The notes: a model not told the origin generated them from the sequence alone. A stretch of 64,000 nt of DNA from a bacterium (GCA_016699045.1 CP064957.1:341599-405598); one strand, 5' to 3'. Positions 27,525 to 37,076 are shown, counted from the first letter of the stretch. A program made the numbers and translations.

Positions 27525-27556
27525 TCCCCAGCCTAAAAAGCTGGGGATTTTTTTTG
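27525..27556 (+). terminator. leader (attenuator) terminator upstream of the ABC importer operon
   Basis: Hairpin tccccagc / gctgggga followed by T8. A second copy of gctgggga at 27463..27470 could pair with 27525..27532 as an antiterminator. Confidence 0.65.
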
Positions 27557-27593
27557 TTCTTTTTTTATTACTACTTTTATCCAAGGACCAATT

Positions 27594-28565
27594 ATGAAAA
27601 TTCAAAAAATGTTACTGTTAACAACCGGCACTCTCATGCTGGTCGGCGCTCTTTTTGCATTCAAACATCTACGCAAACAACCAACACATCAATTTACCGT
27701 TGGCATTTTGCAAACAGCTTCCCACCCAGCTCTTGATGCGGTACGAGAAGGCTTTAAAAAACAAGCTCTGGCAAAACTGGGCGATGTTGGTTTTATTGAA
27801 CAAAATGCACAAGGCTCAACCAGCAACGCGCACATGATTGCACAAAGCTTCAATCAAAATCAATCGATCGATCTAGTACTCGCTATTGCCACACCAGCAG
27901 CACAAGCAATGGCTTCCCTCAATTCATCAAAGCCAATCGTTTTTGCCGCGGTTACTGACCCAACGGCAGCAGGACTTACGGGGCAAAATATCTGTGGCGC
28001 AACCGATAGTATCAACGTTGCTCAGCAATGCGCATTGATTCGTGAGCTCACACCAAACGCAAAAACCGTCGCGTTACTTTTCAACAAGGGCGAAGTTAAT
28101 GCAACCAGCATGGTAGCACAGATGGAACCAGAACTTAAAAAATTAGGTCTCACCACAATCCAATGCTGCGTTACCAACGAATCAGAAATACCAGCCGCTG
28201 TTGCCTCAGCATGTGGCAAGGCAGAGGTTATTCTTGCGCCAATTGATAACACAGTTGCCAGCACAATCGATTTTATAGCGCCAATGGCACGATCAAGACA
28301 AATCCCACTCTTTGTCAGCGATAATTTATTGGTACAACGCGGAGCACTTGCTGCACGGGGTGTTGACTACTTTACCAGTGGCATGACCGCTGCCGACCTT
28401 GCTCGCCACATTTTAATTGAACATCAAAAGCCATCAGCTTTGAAAACGATTACACCAGAATGCAACACGGTTTTTGTAAACAAAGATACGGCACACGCCT
28501 GTGAGCTCACGGTACCACAAAACTTTGGCGACGATGTACAAGTGCGCACGGTTTATGATGAATAA
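27594..28565 (+). CDS. ABC transporter substrate-binding protein (COG2984 / PF04392 type)
   Basis: Has a signal or TM anchor. VGILQTASHPALD..., LVLAIATPAAQA and PIVFAAVTDP..AGL follow the family pattern. Confidence 0.8.
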   Translation: MKIQKMLLLTTGTLMLVGALFAFKHLRKQPTHQFTVGILQTASHPALDAVREGFKKQALAKLGDVGFIEQNAQGSTSNAHMIAQSFNQNQSIDLVLAIATPAAQAMASLNSSKPIVFAAVTDPTAAGLTGQNICGATDSINVAQQCALIRELTPNAKTVALLFNKGEVNATSMVAQMEPELKKLGLTTIQCCVTNESEIPAAVASACGKAEVILAPIDNTVASTIDFIAPMARSRQIPLFVSDNLLVQRGALAARGVDYFTSGMTAADLARHILIEHQKPSALKTITPECNTVFVNKDTAHACELTVPQNFGDDVQVRTVYDE

Positions 28566-28600
28566 AAATATTGTTAACAGATTACTGAGATTGAAAACCA

Positions 28601-29440
28601 ATGAATGAATTTGCTTTATTAATAACAAGTATTGAATGCGGTCTTATTTTTTCGTTGCCGATACTCGGCATGTTTTTAAGTTCGCGCGTACTTAAAGTTG
28701 ATGACATGACGCTTGAAGGAAGCTTTGGACTTGGTGGGGCATTAACCGCTCTGCTGTTAAGTCAAGGGCTCAGTCCGTTACTTGCCATGCCATTAGCAAT
28801 GCTTGCTGCCGGTGCGGCCGGATTTATCACCGCACTGATGCACACAACCTTGCAACTGAATGTTTTGATGAGCGGCATTATTGTGACCACCGGCCTTTTT
28901 TCCATTAACCTCATATTGGCGGGTGCCAATATTTCACTTGCATCACATCAAACTATTTTTAAGCTTTGCAGTTTTATGACTGACTACAAATTATTATTTT
29001 TAGCGCTCTTCGCGTTTGCTTGCGTGATACTTGTCAGATGGCTGCTCACAACGCAAGTTGGTTTTTTGTTACAAGCAACCGGACACAACCCACGCGTTGT
29101 GCAAGCATTTGCCAAAAGCCCAACGTCTTTTTTAACACTTGGTCTCGTACTCGCTAACATGTTGGCAGGTCTTGCCGGCTCACTGTTGGTGCAATACGTT
29201 GGGTTCTTTTCAATCTGGTCAAGCGTCGGTACAATTATTATAACGTTGGCGGGACTCATGCTGGCAGAAATGCTCAGCACGCGTGTTAACGCCGCGCTCA
29301 TTGCTGGCGCCATCATGTACCAACTTGTTATTGCGCTCACTTTTGAGCTGCAGCTGAATCCCAACTGGAACAAGCTTATTACCGCACTGTTCATTATCGC
29401 ACTGTTGGCTGGGAAAAAAATAGTGACGGAAAAGGACTAA
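28601..29440 (+). CDS. ABC transporter permease
   Basis: A polytopic membrane protein encoded directly between the binding-protein gene and the ATPase gene. Confidence 0.8.
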   Translation: MNEFALLITSIECGLIFSLPILGMFLSSRVLKVDDMTLEGSFGLGGALTALLLSQGLSPLLAMPLAMLAAGAAGFITALMHTTLQLNVLMSGIIVTTGLFSINLILAGANISLASHQTIFKLCSFMTDYKLLFLALFAFACVILVRWLLTTQVGFLLQATGHNPRVVQAFAKSPTSFLTLGLVLANMLAGLAGSLLVQYVGFFSIWSSVGTIIITLAGLMLAEMLSTRVNAALIAGAIMYQLVIALTFELQLNPNWNKLITALFIIALLAGKKIVTEKD

Positions 29441-29441
29441 C

Positions 29442-30191
29442 ATGATTTCATTAAAAAATATCAGTAAAAAACACGGCCACAAAACAACTCTTGTCAACGT
29501 TAACACCACGATAGAACAAGGCGATTTTATTGTAATTGTGGGGCCCAATGGCGCCGGCAAAACAACGTTGTTCGATTTGATTGCCGGCACACAAGTATCA
29601 ACGGCCGGTAGAATCACGCTTGATAATAAAGACATTACTACCACCAACGAACATGTTCGCGCACACTGGATGGGCCGCCTGTTGCAAAATCCCGAACATA
29701 ACACGGTTGACACCATGACCGTCGCCCAAAACCTTGCGCTGGCATTATTTGCAAAAAAATCAGCATCACTTGCTGATGCACTTAAAATTGTTACGCCAGC
29801 AGTCATTGACGATATTCAAAAAAATTATGGCATCGATCTTAAGCCATTATTACAAACGCCCATGAAATCACTTTCTGGTGGACAGCGCCAATTGATTGCT
29901 TTTATAATGGCAACAATTACCAACCCTCGCCTCCTGCTTTTGGACGAACCAACTGCAGCGCTTGATCCGCAAGCAGCCACCACGCTCTTATCATGCGCGT
30001 ATCGTTTTATGCAACAGCACCACATGACCGCGCTGTTGATTACACACGATCCTCAGATTGCGTTAACGCTCGGTAATAAATTATGGTTGGTAAAAGATGG
30101 TACCGTTACGGTATTTGATGAACAAACCAAGAAAGCACTGAAGCCGCAAGATTTGATTGGCAGCATTGATTATGCAAACATCGTTACGTAA
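29442..30191 (+). CDS. ABC transporter ATP-binding protein
   Basis: Walker A GPNGAGKTT, signature LSGGQRQ and Walker B LLLLDEPTAALD are present. Confidence 0.9.
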   Translation: MISLKNISKKHGHKTTLVNVNTTIEQGDFIVIVGPNGAGKTTLFDLIAGTQVSTAGRITLDNKDITTTNEHVRAHWMGRLLQNPEHNTVDTMTVAQNLALALFAKKSASLADALKIVTPAVIDDIQKNYGIDLKPLLQTPMKSLSGGQRQLIAFIMATITNPRLLLLDEPTAALDPQAATTLLSCAYRFMQQHHMTALLITHDPQIALTLGNKLWLVKDGTVTVFDEQTKKALKPQDLIGSIDYANIVT

Positions 30192-30212
30192 AAAAAGACT
30201 TATAGTTAAAAC

Positions 30213-30245
30213 AAAAAAAGCCTCTATTTTGTAGAGGCTTTTTTT
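30213..30245. terminator. bidirectional rho-independent terminator
   Basis: The pattern is A7 - gcctcta - loop - tagaggc - T7, lying between convergent genes. Confidence 0.75.
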
Positions 30246-30259
30246 ATGATAGTTCAGTT

Positions 30260-31033
30260 TTATTTTTTCATTAACAAGTCATACGCTTCACTAATTTCTT
30301 TAAAGCGCGCTTCTGCTTCTTTATTTCCTGGATTTTTGTCAGGATGGAATTGACGCGCCAATCGACGATAAGTTTTCTTAATTTCATCGTCAGAAGCATC
30401 CTCTGGCAAGCCTAATACTTCAAGGTTTTTGCGCCGCTCTCCGGCTGGATCAGGAAAATTCCACTGATTATAACTATTCCCATAGCTATGCTGGTTATAG
30501 CTATTGTTATTTTTATCTTCCTCGATAATTTTGCCAAGCTCGACAAAGTCCTGGCCACAACCATAGATATGTGCCAACGCTGCAAGAATAAACAAGATTG
30601 GTTTTTGTGATGCTTTATCTGCTGCAAAAAATTCAGTACCACAACGCGTGAGCGATCGTAAACCTCTCGCTACTTCTCTTATCGCCATTGCTTGACCAGT
30701 CTTTATTTCGTGGTTATCACCTTCACTTGCTGGCACCATTCCCAAGAGGGTTTCTATTAGAATCAAAGCATAAACAAGCTTAGAAACCTGAGGCTGCGCT
30801 TGTGGATCAATCACCTGTGCCGGATCATCAAGCGATGCCGCATCCGCTTCTAGCTCATGCTTATTCATCACTGAATAAAGAGCGTCAGCCATTTCATACA
30901 AATCGTAAGCGGCCCAAGGATAGGTATAAAGACACCGATCAGTTTTGCCGTTGTTGTACAAATCGAGCAATCCATTCAATAAAGAAAGCCCACTAGGTTC
31001 TGTTGACTTTTCAAAAATGTGATTTGAGTGCAT
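30260..31033 (-). CDS. J-domain (DnaJ-like) protein, with the J-domain at the C-terminus
   Basis: The sequence [51 protein letters not shown] is a canonical J-domain. The N-terminal 190 aa are unrecognised. Confidence 0.8.
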   Translation of the reverse strand: MHSNHIFEKSTEPSGLSLLNGLLDLYNNGKTDRCLYTYPWAAYDLYEMADALYSVMNKHELEADAASLDDPAQVIDPQAQPQVSKLVYALILIETLLGMVPASEGDNHEIKTGQAMAIREVARGLRSLTRCGTEFFAADKASQKPILFILAALAHIYGCGQDFVELGKIIEEDKNNNSYNQHSYGNSYNQWNFPDPAGERRKNLEVLGLPEDASDDEIKKTYRRLARQFHPDKNPGNKEAEARFKEISEAYDLLMKK

Positions 31034-31077
31034 GATAACACCAACAAAAAAAACGAGTTTATTAAAAACTCAAAAAG

Positions 31078-31586
31078 GCGTTATCATGCAAAGAGAGTAT
31101 ATCACAAATGAAGCGTGGCGGAAAATATATCAGTTTCTTAAAAAGAAAAAGGTATTTATGTTAGAAATGAAGGTCTTTGTAAAGAGGTTCATAGTGGGTG
31201 TGTATTGGATTTTAAAAACAGGCGCTCAATGGCGAGAACTGCCTGACCGTTATGGCAACTGGAATAGCGTATTCAAGCGATTTGATGTGTGGAGTAAAAG
31301 AAAATTTTGAAAAATTGTTAACATTTTGTGCTGACGACCCGACCTTGAATACGTCATGATTGATGCCACAATAGTAAGATCGCATCCTTGCGCAGCGGGT
31401 TATGGCAAACAAAGAGAAGGCTTGGGAAGAAGTAAAGGTGGTTTTACCAAAAATTCATGCGACAGTGGATGCCTTTTTTTCTCTAAAATCAAACACTTCA
31501 GACATGTCTTTTCTCGCTTTGACAAAAAGGCCCAGAATTACTTATCGTTCGTTTCTTTTGTTGGAGCAATTTTATGGTTACGATGA
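31078..31586 (+). mobile_element. degraded IS5-family transposase relic (DUF4096-type N-terminus; the DDE core is deleted)
   Basis: The fragments read ...WILKTGAQWRELPDRYGNWNSVFKRFDVWSK..., ...MIDATIVRSHPCAAGYGK...GLGRSKGGFTK(IHATVDA) and ...FSKIKHFRHVFSRFDKKAQNYL...ILWL. These match the N- and C-terminal conserved blocks of IS5-group transposases. They lie in different frames, and the middle is missing. Confidence 0.7.
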
Positions 31587-31590
31587 AAAG

Positions 31591-31845
31591 TCAACAGAAC
31601 CTAGCAACTACTTTATTTTTTACAGCTGCATCAGAATTATTCTGTGCACGATGGTACTGTGCTGCCATAAAAAATGGCACACGCAACAACAACGCATATA
31701 CTTGTGCTGCGCGAGCTGGTGTTAACGACTTAACTTCTCGATATGTTTGACGTCTTGTGCCTGCAGCATGCATAGCTCCGCAAAAAAACAAACTAACAAC
31801 AAGCGTCACTAATGATAATTTTTTAATACTATGCAAGCCAACCAC
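31591..31845 (-). CDS. small hypothetical secreted protein (weak call)
   Basis: An 84-aa ORF with a hydrophobic N-terminus. It abuts the IS relic and shows no similarity I recognise. Confidence 0.25.
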   Translation of the reverse strand: MVGLHSIKKLSLVTLVVSLFFCGAMHAAGTRRQTYREVKSLTPARAAQVYALLLRVPFFMAAQYHRAQNNSDAAVKNKVVARFC

Positions 31846-31959
31846 GATGCTACTTTCGATAAAAAGCCTTTATCCTCAACAAAAAACGTATATTGAAGGA
31901 TATCAAAAAAGACTTTTACGTCAAACGCAGCTCAGATATTTGCCAACTCAACCGATTAA

Positions 31960-32529
31960 CTAACCACCGCTAGCGGCTCCCTTTGACGACACATGCAAAA
32001 CATCTTTAAGTTCAGGATTTATGAGTACTTTATCCAAAACATAAATAATCCCATTCACGACTTCTACCGTGTAAATTGGCTTAGGAATATTTTGACGCCA
32101 TAAGTTTCTTTTACTCAACGTACTTAAATAGCGCTTAGGACCTTCTTTCAAAGCACGCTTAGAAATGGCATCTGGCACAATGTGATAATGAACAAATTTT
32201 GAAAGCAAACCTTTCTTAACGGCATCCGGCGTTCTTAACAACGCAAGCCTACCAAACCGAATCAGAGCATCGTCGGTTGGCAAGAAGACGGTGTATTTCC
32301 CATTGTTGGCACCAAGTAAATTATTTTTGCCCAACTTGGTATCGAGCAATAACTCATCAAACAACGCATACATTTGTTTAAAATTTCCAGATCGTTCAAG
32401 AAAACCCATAATCGTTAATTCGCGATCCGGATTCGGTTCTGCAAATAAGGGATTCACATCGCGAGCATCGCGCGGTGCTGCAGAAAGATCTGCAAAAATA
32501 AAAAATAGTAAGAATACATATCGCTTCAT
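31960..32529 (-). CDS. fasciclin (FAS1) domain protein with a signal peptide
   Basis: YTVFLPTDDAL..., HIVP and ...VNGIIYVLDKVL are typical FAS1 H-box/YH-like motifs. The start at MKRY (32529) follows an AAGGA motif. Confidence 0.7.
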   Translation of the reverse strand: MKRYVFLLFFIFADLSAAPRDARDVNPLFAEPNPDRELTIMGFLERSGNFKQMYALFDELLLDTKLGKNNLLGANNGKYTVFLPTDDALIRFGRLALLRTPDAVKKGLLSKFVHYHIVPDAISKRALKEGPKRYLSTLSKRNLWRQNIPKPIYTVEVVNGIIYVLDKVLINPELKDVLHVSSKGAASGG

Positions 32530-32584
32530 AGTACTTGTCCTTTTTTTGAGTTTTGTACAAACATTACTCAATTACGTCAAGACT

Positions 32585-33829
32585 TTAAGCACCTAGTTTT
32601 CGCGTAAAATAATCTTGTAAACGCTTAATGCCTTCACTCACTACTTCAGGATCACGCGCAAAACATAACCGAACAAACGGCTTAGCGGTAGCACCAAAAT
32701 CACTACCAGGCGCCATCGCTACTTTTGCTTCGTGCAAAACATCCATAACAAAATCTAAACTATCTTCATCGTGAGTTTTAAACAATAAATAAAAACCACC
32801 CATCGGTTTAACGTAAGAAATTACACCCTGTTCTTGCAAGTGATCAAAAAATGCGCAAGCAATGTCCCTGCTTTGTTGAATTTTGTCAACAGCAAGCGGC
32901 ATAATATCGTTTTTATGCTCAAGGCCATATAACGCAGCGTACTGACCAATAACATTTGGACAGTTAAAAGCAGCACCCTGCACCATCGAAATACCTTTGA
33001 TTAAATGAGCCGGCGCAACCAGATACCCAATCCGCCAACCACTCATGCCCAAACCTTTTGAAAAAGAACCAACACGCATCAGGCGTTCGGATTTTAGAAT
33101 AAATGGCATACTTGAATGAAACGTGATATCAAAAACAAAATCATCGTACACTTCATCAACAACCAAATAAATCTTATGATCTTCTGCAATTTTTATCAGG
33201 TGGCAAAGCTCTTCACGCGACAAAACACTGCCACAGGGATTTGATGGATTTGACAACATAATCATTTTAGTACGATCTGTAATCGCACGTTCAATCGCCG
33301 TGCTATCAAACACCCACTGCAACTTGTCGTCAACTTGTTTCATCGTTAAGGCAGGAACTACAACAGGTACAGCTTTGCAAAATTTTACAATACTTTCGTA
33401 AACAGGATACGAAGGCTCAAGCAAAATAACTTCATCGCCTGTTTTTAACAGTGTCAGGCCCAAACATGACAATGCACCTGAACCACCATGCGAGATCATA
33501 ACATTATCAACGCTTAACGGAATGTCATGCTCACGCGCTAAAACCTCCGCTAATTTTTCGCGCAGCGGCAAAATGCCCAACGCATTCTGATAATAATCGG
33601 CTTTATCCGTTTGCAAAATTTCCTGAACATATTGTTTAATTGCAGGATTTACGCCACCACTCACACGCAACGCCCCTTGAGCAAAAGATATATAGCCTTC
33701 ATTGTTACGCACCACCGTTTCTATGTTCTTTAAAAATGGCATGCTCAACTCAAGCATATCTGCACTCTGGGCAGAAACTGTCTCAATCCCGACAACAATC
33801 AACAACAACAAAAAGAAATATCGCTTCAT
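32585..33829 (-). CDS. class I/II (aspartate-type) PLP aminotransferase carrying an N-terminal signal peptide
   Basis: NPSNPCG, SFSKGLGMSGWRIGY (PLP lysine) and the C-terminal R motif are present. The N-terminus MKRYFFLLLLIVVGIETVSAQ is absent from the downstream paralog. Confidence 0.8.
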   Translation of the reverse strand: MKRYFFLLLLIVVGIETVSAQSADMLELSMPFLKNIETVVRNNEGYISFAQGALRVSGGVNPAIKQYVQEILQTDKADYYQNALGILPLREKLAEVLAREHDIPLSVDNVMISHGGSGALSCLGLTLLKTGDEVILLEPSYPVYESIVKFCKAVPVVVPALTMKQVDDKLQWVFDSTAIERAITDRTKMIMLSNPSNPCGSVLSREELCHLIKIAEDHKIYLVVDEVYDDFVFDITFHSSMPFILKSERLMRVGSFSKGLGMSGWRIGYLVAPAHLIKGISMVQGAAFNCPNVIGQYAALYGLEHKNDIMPLAVDKIQQSRDIACAFFDHLQEQGVISYVKPMGGFYLLFKTHDEDSLDFVMDVLHEAKVAMAPGSDFGATAKPFVRLCFARDPEVVSEGIKRLQDYFTRKLGA

Positions 33830-33854
33830 AGTACTCATCCTTTTTTTTGAGTGC

Positions 33855-35052
33855 TTATAAAGAACTGCTCATCATGTGAAGGCTTTGAGAAATGTTTTTA
33901 CGTATAAAATAATCTTGCAAACGCTTAATTCCTTCAATCACTATTTCAGGATCTCGCGCAAAACAAAAACGAATAAACGATTTTGCATTTGGCCCAAAAT
34001 CGCAACCTGGTGCCATCGCTATTTTTACTTCTTGCAAAATATTCATAACTAATTCAAAACTGTCTTCATGTTGTGTTTTAAAAAACAGATAAAAGCCGGC
34101 CGTAGGCTTGGCATAAGAAATAAGACCCTGCTCGGAAAGACGATCGAAAAAAGTACACAAAAAATCGCGACTTTTTTTTACTTGATCAAAAGAATGTGAA
34201 ACAATATCATTTTTATGCTCAAGCCCATAAAGAGCTGCGGCCAATAACACTCGGACAATTAAACGCACAACTTTGCAACGTTGAAATAGCTTTAATTAAG
34301 CGAAATGGCGCAACAAGAAAACCAACCCGCCAACCACTCATGCCAAGACTTTTTGAAAAAGAACCAACACGCAAAATACGGTCAGATTGTGGTACTAATG
34401 GCGTACTTGAGTAAAATGATCCTTCAAAAACAAAATCATCATACACTTCATCAACCACCAAATAAATATTATGCAGCTCTGCTATTCTACGCAGTTGTTC
34501 AAGCTCTTCGCGGGACAAAACGGTCCCACACGGATTTGATGGATTTGAAAGCATAATCATTTTGGTATGAGACGTAATAGCGCGTTCAATAACCGCAACA
34601 TCAAGCACCCACTGATTCTGTCCCTGTATTTTTTTCATTTCAAATGCTGGCACAAACACCGGCACCGCTTTTGAAAATTTTATAATACTTTCATAAACGG
34701 GATACGATGGTTCAAGTAAAATAACTTCATCGCCTGCTTGCAAAAGTGTCAATGCCAGGCTTGTCAGCGCACCGCTACCACCATGCGTTACCATCACATT
34801 ATCTATACTGATAGGACTTTTATGTTCACTTGCTAGCATTTCAGCAATTTTTTTGCGCAACGGCAAAATGCCTAACGCATCTTGATAATAATCAGCTTTG
34901 TCCGTTTGTAAAATTTGCTGTGCATATTCTTTTATGGAAGAATCAATCCCACCACGCAAACGCAAAGCGCCTTGCGCAAAAGACAAATAACCTTCATTAT
35001 TCCGCACAACCGATTCAATTCTTTTCAATTCAGGCATACTTAACTCAATCAT
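33855..35052 (-). pseudogene. tandem paralog of the aminotransferase, frameshifted and lacking a signal peptide
   Basis: Two ORFs (34219..35052 and 33855..34268) together align with 32585..33829. The frame breaks between ...NCPSVIG and AALYGLEHKND..., where the intact copy has GQYAALYG. Confidence 0.75.
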
Positions 35053-35636
35053 ATGGCTCCTTTAAACACGCTACAGCTCAGAATGAGCAAAATGGTGAAT
35101 GCAACCACGAGATAATTAAAATAGTCATCAATAATTCTTTTAATTGCAACGCCCCACAGACGAATTGCACCAGCAACTAAAAAGAATCGCGCCCCTCGTG
35201 CCAAGATGGAATACACCACAAAAGGTATAAATGGCAACTTACAAAAACCAGCAGAAATAGTTACGGCCTTGTAAGGAATTGGAGTAAAGCCGGCGATAAA
35301 GACCGCCCACGATTCATACAAAGCATACTGTGCAACAACATGATTAAACGTTTCTTCAGAAATAATCCATGAAACAAGTGGAAACCCAACACTCAACCAC
35401 AACGTTGAACCGATAATATAACCACCTATGCCGCCCAGTACCGACGCAATAGTCGCTATTGTTGCATAAAAAAATGATCGCTTACGATTTTGCACACAAA
35501 AAAGGATGAGCAGGGGATCTACTGGTATAAAAAAAAATGAAGCTTCAATAAAAAAGAGGGCGAAAAGCCAGGCAACCGCATAAGGCTTCTCAACTTTTCT
35601 ACCCATCCAATCATAGATATCTCTAATGAACTTCAT
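35049..35636 (-). CDS. YqaA / DedA-family (SNARE-associated domain) membrane protein
   Basis: A multi-TM protein. The P.DPLL......R...F.Y......AS..GG..GY.IG pattern is typical of YqaA. Confidence 0.65.
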   Translation of the reverse strand: MKFIRDIYDWMGRKVEKPYAVAWLFALFFIEASFFFIPVDPLLILFCVQNRKRSFFYATIATIASVLGGIGGYIIGSTLWLSVGFPLVSWIISEETFNHVVAQYALYESWAVFIAGFTPIPYKAVTISAGFCKLPFIPFVVYSILARGARFFLVAGAIRLWGVAIKRIIDDYFNYLVVAFTILLILSCSVFKGAI

Positions 35637-35677
35637 TATTACCTCTTCCCTTTGGTTACGGACATGATTTTAGCGAA

Positions 35678-36988
35678 CTATCCTTTGAGCTTTTGATCAA
35701 GATATTCTTGTAAACGATCAATAGCTATACGCTCTTGTTGCAGCGTATCACGATCCCGTGCTGTAACTTTACCATCTTCAAGACTCTCAAAGTCAAAGGT
35801 AAAGCAAACGGGCGTTCCAATCTCATCTTGACGGCGATAACGTTTTCCAATGGAACCCGATTCATCAAGTTGTATGCGATAGCCTTTTTTCTTTAAATCA
35901 ATATAAATTTGACTGGCCTGCTCTTTTAGTTTGTTGGTTAACGGCATAACAGCTGCTACCACAGGAGCAATCGCGGGATGAAAGCGTAACACAGTACGCA
36001 CTTCGCCGTCAACTTCATCTTCATGATACGCATCAAAAAGTAAGGTTAAGAAAAGACGATCAACTCCAACAGAACATTCAACAACATGCGGAATATACGA
36101 TGCTTTTGTTTCTTCATCAAAAACCGCTAGCTCTTTGCCAGAAAATTGTGAATGCCGAGAAAGATCAAAGTTAGTGCGGTTTGCAATACCTTCAAGCTCT
36201 TTCCAGCCAAAAGGGAAATTGTACTCAACATCGGTACAACATTTAGAATAATGTGAAAGCTCGTCAGCTGCATGCGGACGTAGACGAATTTTGTCTTTGT
36301 TAAGACCAATTTGCTCATAAAAAGCTTTACGACGTTCAAGCCATAATTCAAAGAATCCATCAGCTTGCTCGCCCTTGCAGAAAAATTCAATTTCCATTTG
36401 CTCAAATTCGCGCATGCGGAACAAAAATTGCTTAGGCGTAATTTCGTTACGAAATGCCTTACCAACTTGCGCAATCCCAAAAGGAATTTTAACACGATTG
36501 CTCGTGTACACATTTTTAAAATTGATAAAAATTGCTTGTGCTGTTTCGGGACGCAAATACGCTTTGCTTGCCGCTACCGCACCAAGATTTGTTTCAAACA
36601 TTAATTGAAACTGTCTTACGTCTGTCCAGTTTTTAACGCCACAAGAAGGACATGGACGTGTGATATCAAAACCATCTTCATCTGACCGAAAACGCTTTTT
36701 ACAGTTTAAACAGTCCACCATCGGATCACTAAAATTTTCAAGATGACCAGACGCTTGCCATACCGCTTCAGGACCCAAAATGGAACCGTCAAGTAATAAG
36801 ACCTCTTCAGGCCAGCTAGTCATATTTTTAAGCCATGCCGCTTTGATGTTTTGTTTAAGCTGGACGCCCAAAGGCCCAAAATCATAAACACCGTTCAAGC
36901 CAGAATAGATTTCCGCAGCTTGAAAGACAAAGCCTCTTCGTTTACACAAGGCGGTGATTTTATCAAGTGTTACCGGTGCGCTCGACAT
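35678..36988 (-). CDS. glyQS: glycine--tRNA ligase (homodimeric class II type)
   Basis: The N-terminus ...LCKRRGFVFQAAEIYSGLNGVYDFGPLGVQLKQNIKAAW is diagnostic. Class II motifs and an anticodon-binding C-terminus are present. Confidence 0.9.
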   Translation of the reverse strand: MSSAPVTLDKITALCKRRGFVFQAAEIYSGLNGVYDFGPLGVQLKQNIKAAWLKNMTSWPEEVLLLDGSILGPEAVWQASGHLENFSDPMVDCLNCKKRFRSDEDGFDITRPCPSCGVKNWTDVRQFQLMFETNLGAVAASKAYLRPETAQAIFINFKNVYTSNRVKIPFGIAQVGKAFRNEITPKQFLFRMREFEQMEIEFFCKGEQADGFFELWLERRKAFYEQIGLNKDKIRLRPHAADELSHYSKCCTDVEYNFPFGWKELEGIANRTNFDLSRHSQFSGKELAVFDEETKASYIPHVVECSVGVDRLFLTLLFDAYHEDEVDGEVRTVLRFHPAIAPVVAAVMPLTNKLKEQASQIYIDLKKKGYRIQLDESGSIGKRYRRQDEIGTPVCFTFDFESLEDGKVTARDRDTLQQERIAIDRLQEYLDQKLKG

Positions 36989-37076
36989 AAAAAATATCCT
37001 TCTTAAAATCGATAGTATTGACGTAAGTTTTCAGATAAACAAAGGTACCGTTATTTCAATTGTCTGGCAAGTTCAT

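Noticed and set aside
27330-27525. I considered whether the structured leader could be a tmRNA fragment, a T-box or a known riboswitch class (TPP, purine, c-di-GMP).
   Set aside because: I could not find the conserved T-box 14-mer, a specifier/AGAGA architecture, the tmRNA tag region with acceptor ends, or the core motifs of those riboswitches. It is reported only as an unclassified attenuator.
28984-29806. Minus-strand ORFs of 136 and 195 aa lie across the ABC permease and ATPase genes.
   Set aside because: The plus-strand genes have unambiguous ABC motifs and operon context. The antisense translations have no recognisable features.
31402-31725. A 107-aa plus-strand ORF spans the right part of the IS relic and runs beyond it.
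   Set aside because: It is an alternative-frame read across the degraded transposase. Only short stretches (TKIHATVDAF) correspond to real transposase sequence, so it is covered by the mobile-element relic call.
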